The translations under genes were made by a program, and so were the position numbers. From Phycisphaeraceae bacterium (GTDB taxonomy: Bacteria; Planctomycetota; Phycisphaerae; Phycisphaerales; Phycisphaeraceae): DNA of 64,000 bases. The stretch covers positions 2,720,001 through 2,784,000 of the forward strand of contig OY771506.1 in NCBI GenBank assembly GCA_963674705.1. Reading direction: 5' to 3'. Of this stretch, positions 59,038 through 64,000 are shown one piece after another. The notes under the pieces were generated by a model that saw only the letters and a program-made list of their open reading frames with translations, searched no databases and had not been told where the DNA came from. Positions within the stretch are counted from its first letter, which is position 1. The number at the start of each line of letters is the position of its first letter.

Positions 59038-59144
59038 CTTGAGGTTCCGTACAAGGTTATTGCTTAACACGCGCAATGGCATAAGCCAGCCATCATAGCG
59101 GATTACCGCCATCGATGACGCTTACGACCATACATCATAGACGC

Positions 59145-59330
59145 CAAAATCGGTGTCAGGTTCTGACACCCCCGGGGTTACTTTGCCCATCTCGGCGCGT
59201 AAAACAGGCCCGCCGAGGGTGGGGGCATCCTCTACTGCGGGCCTGAGGGGGGTGGCTGCATGAATCCGGCAACTGATTGTTTGTTTCCGCCTCTAAACGA
59301 ACCGACAAGGGCTCTTCCTTATTCCTGCGT
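59145..59330 (-). ncRNA. Candidate structured non-coding RNA or leader
   Basis: Nested stems; minus-strand TATAAT at 59334-59339; hairpin plus TTTT at 59146-59170; no family recognised. Confidence 0.3.
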
Positions 59331-59400
59331 GGCATTATATCCATGTACTTTTTAGATTTCTTCACTTTCTATAATGCGAAGGATTTAATTTCATCAGCCC

Positions 59401-59838
59401 GTGAGTCGTGACATGAACCATGATTTGCCTGAAACAGCCCATACCCATCCGCCGAACCAAGTCAGAGTCGTTTTGCTTGTGGGGCACTGCGGTTTCGATG
59501 AATCTTCGCTGGCGCGGGCTGTCGCCGGTGCCTTGCCGGACATCGATATCCTCTCCGCCGCCGGCCGGCAGGACCTCGACCAGCATGCGAATCCCGGTTC
59601 GCTCTGGCTGATCAACCGTGTGCTTGATGGTCGGTTCAAGGCGCGTTCAGGTGTCGAGTTGATAGCACTCTACGCCCAAAATGAACAGGGGCCGCGGATG
59701 ATGCTGATCTCCAATTACGCTGACGCCCAGGCCGATGCCGTCCAAGTCGGCGCGCTGCCCGGTTTCGGCAAGCAAGCGTTACGTTCGCCCGAGACAGTCG
59801 ACAAACTCAAAGCCGCCGCGGGTAGTAGCCATCAGTAG
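59401..59838 (+). CDS. Stand-alone atypical receiver (CheY-like) domain protein
   Basis: Receiver topology (VLLV..LINRVLD..GVELI..MMLIS..GA..FGK) with the phospho-Asp position apparently Asn. Confidence 0.65.
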   Translation: MSRDMNHDLPETAHTHPPNQVRVVLLVGHCGFDESSLARAVAGALPDIDILSAAGRQDLDQHANPGSLWLINRVLDGRFKARSGVELIALYAQNEQGPRMMLISNYADAQADAVQVGALPGFGKQALRSPETVDKLKAAAGSSHQ

Positions 59839-60033
59839 CATAAAGCCCGGCGATGGCATGGCCGGGTTGCCCACAGATGCAATCTGTGGGCTTCAAGCAC
59901 CCAATGAATTCGACAAACGCACCGTCCAGCGCCGTTTCCCTGCAAACTCGGCCATCCTCGAATATCATCGTCTCATTCACGCGGCATGTCTTTTCGTCGT
60001 GAGTTACTGGCAGGGCAGTGGTTCGAGGTGATT

Positions 60034-61083
60034 ATGGGTTCAAGTCGACGGACATCATTACGGCTTAACGGGCTGCGCCAATGGGTGCAAAAATCCGATG
60101 ATGCGCTTTTAGACATGCGTATGTGTGATCTGGGCGTGACCGTTGAACGCCCGCCGCTGAAACGCCGCGTCAAACGGCTCTACGGCGAATTGGAACGTAA
60201 AGGGCTAAACTTCAAACCCCATGTCTGGCTATCCAGCGAGTGGTTCAGCCCCGACGGCGTGCCCGGCATCGCGATCCCGTTCTACCTGGCACATCCCCGG
60301 CTGATAAAGCTCGAAAAATCACGCATGCTTGAGGTGGAAGGGGGGAGCGAATCGCAATGCGCCAAGATCCTCCGCCACGAAGCGGGCCACTGCATCGATA
60401 CCGCTTACCGTTTGCATCGCCGTAAGAAGTGGCGCGAGTTGTTCGGCTCGTTCGCTGAACCCTACCCGCAGATGTACAACCCCAAGCCCGGCAGCCGCAA
60501 CTACGTGCTGCACCTGGATTGGTGGTATGCCCAGGCGCACCCGGCCGAAGACTTCGCCGAGACCTTCGCCGTCTGGCTTACGCCCAATTCCCGCTGGCGC
60601 AGCCGGTACAAGGGCTGGCCCGCACTCCGCAAGCTGCTGTACGTCGATGAATTGATGAAAGAGATCGCCGGCCAGTCCGCGCCCGTTCGCTCTCGCAGAA
60701 AAGTCGAGCCGCTTTCTCAGCTCAAAACCACGCTGCGCGAACACTACCGACGTAAACGCCTTTATTACGGCGATGAATGGCCGGACTTCTACGATACCGA
60801 CCTGCGCAAACTCTTCTCAGACGATCCACGCTACCGTGACAAGCCAACCGCCGCGGCGTTTCTGCGGAGCGTGCGCCCGCAGGTCCGTGAAGCAGTCGCT
60901 CGATGGACCGGCACCCATGCCTATACCGTCGACCAGGTCCTGCGTGACATGATTGACCGTTGTAAGGAACTCAAACTCCGATTGGCTGTGCCCGAACGTC
61001 TTGCCAGGACTGAAGCGATGATGATGGTTTCGGTTCAGACAATGAACTTTTTACACACCGGGCGCAGGAGAGTTGCTCTATGA
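60034..61083 (+). CDS. Putative zinc-binding metallopeptidase (zincin)
   Basis: HEAGH (HExxH), YAQAHPAEDFAETFA; GAGGTG RBS. Confidence 0.85.
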   Translation: MGSSRRTSLRLNGLRQWVQKSDDALLDMRMCDLGVTVERPPLKRRVKRLYGELERKGLNFKPHVWLSSEWFSPDGVPGIAIPFYLAHPRLIKLEKSRMLEVEGGSESQCAKILRHEAGHCIDTAYRLHRRKKWRELFGSFAEPYPQMYNPKPGSRNYVLHLDWWYAQAHPAEDFAETFAVWLTPNSRWRSRYKGWPALRKLLYVDELMKEIAGQSAPVRSRRKVEPLSQLKTTLREHYRRKRLYYGDEWPDFYDTDLRKLFSDDPRYRDKPTAAAFLRSVRPQVREAVARWTGTHAYTVDQVLRDMIDRCKELKLRLAVPERLARTEAMMMVSVQTMNFLHTGRRRVAL

Positions 61084-62114
61084 GCCGATTCCGCAAAAAA
61101 CGCGTCGCGGTCCTGCTTCACGAAGACCTCGTCCCGCCAGATTCGATCGAAGGGATGACTGACGAGCAGATTGCACCGTTCAAGACCGAATTTGATGTCG
61201 TTGCCACGCTGCGCGAAATGGGCCACGACGTGATCACGCTTGGCGTTTCGGATGATCTGGGCGTGATCCGCCGGGCAATCGAGCAATCCAAACCGCATAT
61301 CTGCTTCAATCTGCTCGAAGAATTCCATGGCGTTGGCGTCTACGACGCGCACGTGGTCAGTTTCCTGGAACTGATGCGTCAGCCTTACACCGGCAGCAAC
61401 CCACGCGGCCTGATGCTGGCTCACAACAAGGCATTGTCCAAGATGATCTGCCGATATCACCGCATCCCCGTACCAAGCTTTGCCGAGTATCCGATCGGCC
61501 GAAAGGTCCGGCGGCCAGGCAAGCTGAAGTTCCCGTTGTTGGTCAAATCACTGACCGAGGAGGGGTCGGTCGGTATCAGTCAGGCGTCCGTGGTCTACGA
61601 TGATGAACACCTCGTTGAGCGCGTTGAGTTTATCCACCGTACGGTCGGCACCGATGCGATCGCGGAGCAGTACATCGAAGGCCGAGAGCTGTATGTCGGT
61701 GTGCTCGGTAACGATCGGTTACAGGTCCTGCCCGTCTGGGAGATGGTCTTCCCCAAGTTGCGTGGAGACGCTCCGAAGATCGCTACGGGTAAGATCAAGT
61801 GGGATGCGCGGTACCAGAAGAAGATCGGCCTGACCACCAAACCCGCCAAGGGCCTGGACGAATCACAGCAGCGATACATCCAGCACCTGTGCAAGCGCAT
61901 CTACCGCTCGCTGGGATTGTCCGGTTATGCGCGCATGGACTTGCGACTTGCTCCCGACGGCCGAGCCTATCTGATCGAAGCCAATCCGAACCCGAATCTC
62001 TCGTATGGCGAAGACTTCGCCGAGTCCGCCGAACGCGCCGGGATGGATTACGATGAGTTGCTGCACAAACTGATCAACCTGGGTTTGCGCTACCGCTTGC
62101 AGGGCCAGGCGTAA
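61080..62114 (+). CDS. D-Ala-D-Ala-ligase-like ATP-grasp enzyme
   Basis: PYTGS, FPLLVK..EGSVGI, EQYIEGRE, GYARMDLR, IEANPNP; ATGA overlap with the peptidase. Confidence 0.85.
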   Translation: MSRFRKKRVAVLLHEDLVPPDSIEGMTDEQIAPFKTEFDVVATLREMGHDVITLGVSDDLGVIRRAIEQSKPHICFNLLEEFHGVGVYDAHVVSFLELMRQPYTGSNPRGLMLAHNKALSKMICRYHRIPVPSFAEYPIGRKVRRPGKLKFPLLVKSLTEEGSVGISQASVVYDDEHLVERVEFIHRTVGTDAIAEQYIEGRELYVGVLGNDRLQVLPVWEMVFPKLRGDAPKIATGKIKWDARYQKKIGLTTKPAKGLDESQQRYIQHLCKRIYRSLGLSGYARMDLRLAPDGRAYLIEANPNPNLSYGEDFAESAERAGMDYDELLHKLINLGLRYRLQGQA

Positions 62115-62186
62115 GTCCGGATAACCCAACCCACCGGTAGAACCCTGTGCGTCAATTCCGTGCTTACGGATTTGTCATCCTCGCGC

Positions 62187-63169
62187 AGGGGCTTTATGCA
62201 CTACGTTGTCGGATCACATGGTCACGTGCGAGGCGGATCAGGATTTTGGCGGTCACGTAAGGTTCAACACGTCGGCCTCGCACCCATGGCGGCAGGTGCG
62301 TCAGGCCGCCGCCGAAGTTGCACAGGTTGGCCAGGCGTGTCTCGACCTGGCGGCGTGTGGCGAGCAGTCGGCGGATGAACGGTGAAGGCGAACGCATGCG
62401 TTGGATCATCGCCACACGGTGCTCGCTGTGTTGGCGTGACTGGCCCAGGCCTTTGGCGCGTCGGAAGCGGCGCGGCGTCACCAGGACGCGGCCGGCTTCG
62501 GCGGCCTGGTCATAAAGCGGGTTGGTTTCGTAGTTGGCGTCGGCCAGCAGGTAGCCTTCGCCGGGCGGCTGCTGGTCGATCATCTGCTTGGCGGCGACGC
62601 GTTCGTCGACGTTCATCGGCGTGACGCGGTAGGCGACGGGACGGTTATTATCCGCATAAATCGCGTGATATTTGTAGCCTTTCTGGAACCCGCCGGCCCC
62701 GCGGCCGATCGTCGCCCGACGGTCGGCGCTGTGCTTGGCAACGGGCAACGGCTTGCCATCGATGCGCAGGGTCAGCGCTTGTTGGGTTTGTGGTTCGAGT
62801 CGATCCATCAACACGTCCAACACTTTGCGTGTCTCGTGCCGGGCGAGTCGTCGGCTCATCGTCGATTGATCCGGCAACACCGCCGGCGGCTTGACGCCGA
62901 CCCAGTTGCGACGATCACACGCCCAGTACACCGGCCGATCATGCAGCACCGCCCAGAGATAGACACGGACGATGCGTGTAACCGGGTGCGTGAATCGGCC
63001 ACGCCGAGTGCAGGTTGCCAAGTGAGTGAGGTGTGTTGCTAAGATGTGCCACAGTTCGCGTTCCATGCTGGTGACTCCTTGTCGAGTAAGGTCGAGTAAG
63101 GCTCTCACCAGTATGGGCGCAAACGTACGAAAGCGCCAGCACTTAAAGCAAATGGCGCATAAAGCCCGT
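62187..63169 (-). mobile_element. Insertion sequence, IS982-like (~983 bp)
   Basis: Terminal IRs AGGGGCTTTATGC / GCATAAAGCCCGT; GCGC on both flanks (possible TSD); single DDE transposase. Confidence 0.75.
62194..63066 (-). CDS. DDE transposase
   Basis: IDGKPLPV, GYKYHAI, LLADANY, RRQVET; AGGAG RBS; stop codon inside the IR. Confidence 0.88.
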   Translation of the reverse strand: MERELWHILATHLTHLATCTRRGRFTHPVTRIVRVYLWAVLHDRPVYWACDRRNWVGVKPPAVLPDQSTMSRRLARHETRKVLDVLMDRLEPQTQQALTLRIDGKPLPVAKHSADRRATIGRGAGGFQKGYKYHAIYADNNRPVAYRVTPMNVDERVAAKQMIDQQPPGEGYLLADANYETNPLYDQAAEAGRVLVTPRRFRRAKGLGQSRQHSEHRVAMIQRMRSPSPFIRRLLATRRQVETRLANLCNFGGGLTHLPPWVRGRRVEPYVTAKILIRLARDHVIRQRSA

Positions 63170-63288
63170 GCGCGGGGATCCACGTAGAGGGATCCATTGA
63201 GCGCATGGATTCTCGTTTGTAGGGGAATGACGGCCAGGAATGATGCAAAGGGCTCTAAGTACAGGTATAGGCAATAGTAGGGGGGCGC

Positions 63289-63327
63289 AAAAAAAGAAGG
63301 CGACCCGTTTGGGCCGCCTTGCTTTTT
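63289..63327. terminator. Bidirectional intrinsic terminator
   Basis: A-run, AAGGCGACCC/GGGCCGCCTT stem, T-run. Confidence 0.7.
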
Positions 63328-63457
63328 AATGGAGCTCCGAGGCGCTTTTTCAAAGTTTCTGGGCCCCCTGTCCGCCTTCATTCGGAGCGGCGGGTCGGGC
63401 CCCTGATCAATGGCCGCGTTTACGTCACGGCCGTTAAGTATTACCCGAGGGCTACAC

Positions 63458-63658
63458 TCACTTCTTCTTCTTGGTGGCCTTACGTTTGGCTTTCTTCTTG
63501 GTGGCCTTCTTGGTAGTTTTCTTCTTCGCTACCTTACGTTTGGCTTTCTTCTTGGTGGCCTTCTTGGCTACCTTCTTCTTGGTTGCTTTCTTCTTGGTGG
63601 CTTTCTTCTTGGTTGCCTTCCGCTTGGCAGCCTTCTTCTTAGCCTTCTTCTTCGCCAT
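63458..63658 (-). CDS. Small Lys-rich histone-H1-like basic protein (66 aa)
   Basis: MAKKKAKKKAAKRKATKKK...; 38 K + 3 R of 66 residues; GAAAGGA RBS. Confidence 0.8.
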   Translation of the reverse strand: MAKKKAKKKAAKRKATKKKATKKKATKKKVAKKATKKKAKRKVAKKKTTKKATKKKAKRKATKKKK

Positions 63659-64000
63659 GGGCTCGGTCCTTTCAGTTAGCCCTCGGAGCTGTGGGTCAAC
63701 TGGAATACAGATAGTCGGCGAACATATACAACCGCCGATTGCCAATCCTATCGGCACAGATATGAGTGCACCTTGAGCAATATTCACTTGTCACGCAATA
63801 TCCTACATCACTTAATACAAATTTTTCAAGTCCCGACGTCAAGAAATTCTTTGCACAACATGTTTGTGGCACTCTTGCGAGACTTCTTACACGCATATTC
63901 GTTCATCGTGATGCATCAAACAACACACCACGCAACAACCAACCAGCACAGCACAACACATCGTCAATGCACGTCCAATCATCACGCGCCAATCACATGA

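Noticed and set aside
61080..62114. Calling the ATP-grasp gene ddl or van
   Set aside because: Lacks Ddl substrate-binding motifs and cell-wall gene context.
63067..63381. 105-aa N-terminal extension of the transposase ORF
   Set aside because: Runs beyond the IS terminal repeat and through a terminator; the RBS supports the start at 63066.
63410..63776. Hydrophobic plus-strand ORFs (FFLVAFF / LLGGLL repeats)
   Set aside because: Antisense translations of the Lys-rich repeat gene.
1..64000. tRNA, rRNA, tmRNA, SRP or RNase P genes
   Set aside because: No cloverleaf or T-loop context and no conserved signatures found by eye; GGTTCGA hits fall in a terminator or in CDSs.

Overview
A 64 kb chromosomal window from a high-GC bacterium, most likely Planctomycetota (class Phycisphaerae). 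This is inferred from PEP-CTERM proteins, several ECF sigma/anti-sigma pairs, membrane proteins with CxxCGYDLRG..CPEC zinc ribbons, DUF4190 and GCCGCTTGCGGCTTAGCG-type palindromes. The backbone is housekeeping: phoH-like, mlaFD, apgM, hflX, rpmB-dnaG-rpoD, ribH-nusB-ftsY, mdh, rpiB, lpxB, arfB, hspQ and PPIases. It is interrupted by visibly AT-richer accessory patches (three PEP-CTERM genes, two ECF modules, a repeat-flanked gene) and one IS982-like element. I found no rRNA, tRNA or CRISPR array. The most notable observations are: (1) two tandem PEP-CTERM genes with nearly identical 5' leaders, N-termini and sorting-signal DNA but unrelated passenger domains, the leader being a candidate structured RNA; (2) genes or non-coding segments bracketed by identical palindromic repeats, in a cassette-like arrangement; (3) a coupled zincin peptidase + Ddl-like ATP-grasp ligase pair between a pseudo-receiver gene and a 66-aa Lys-rich histone-H1-like gene; (4) a candidate ~180-nt ncRNA at 59.15-59.33 kb. 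All protein assignments come from motif recognition by eye; no database searches were run.
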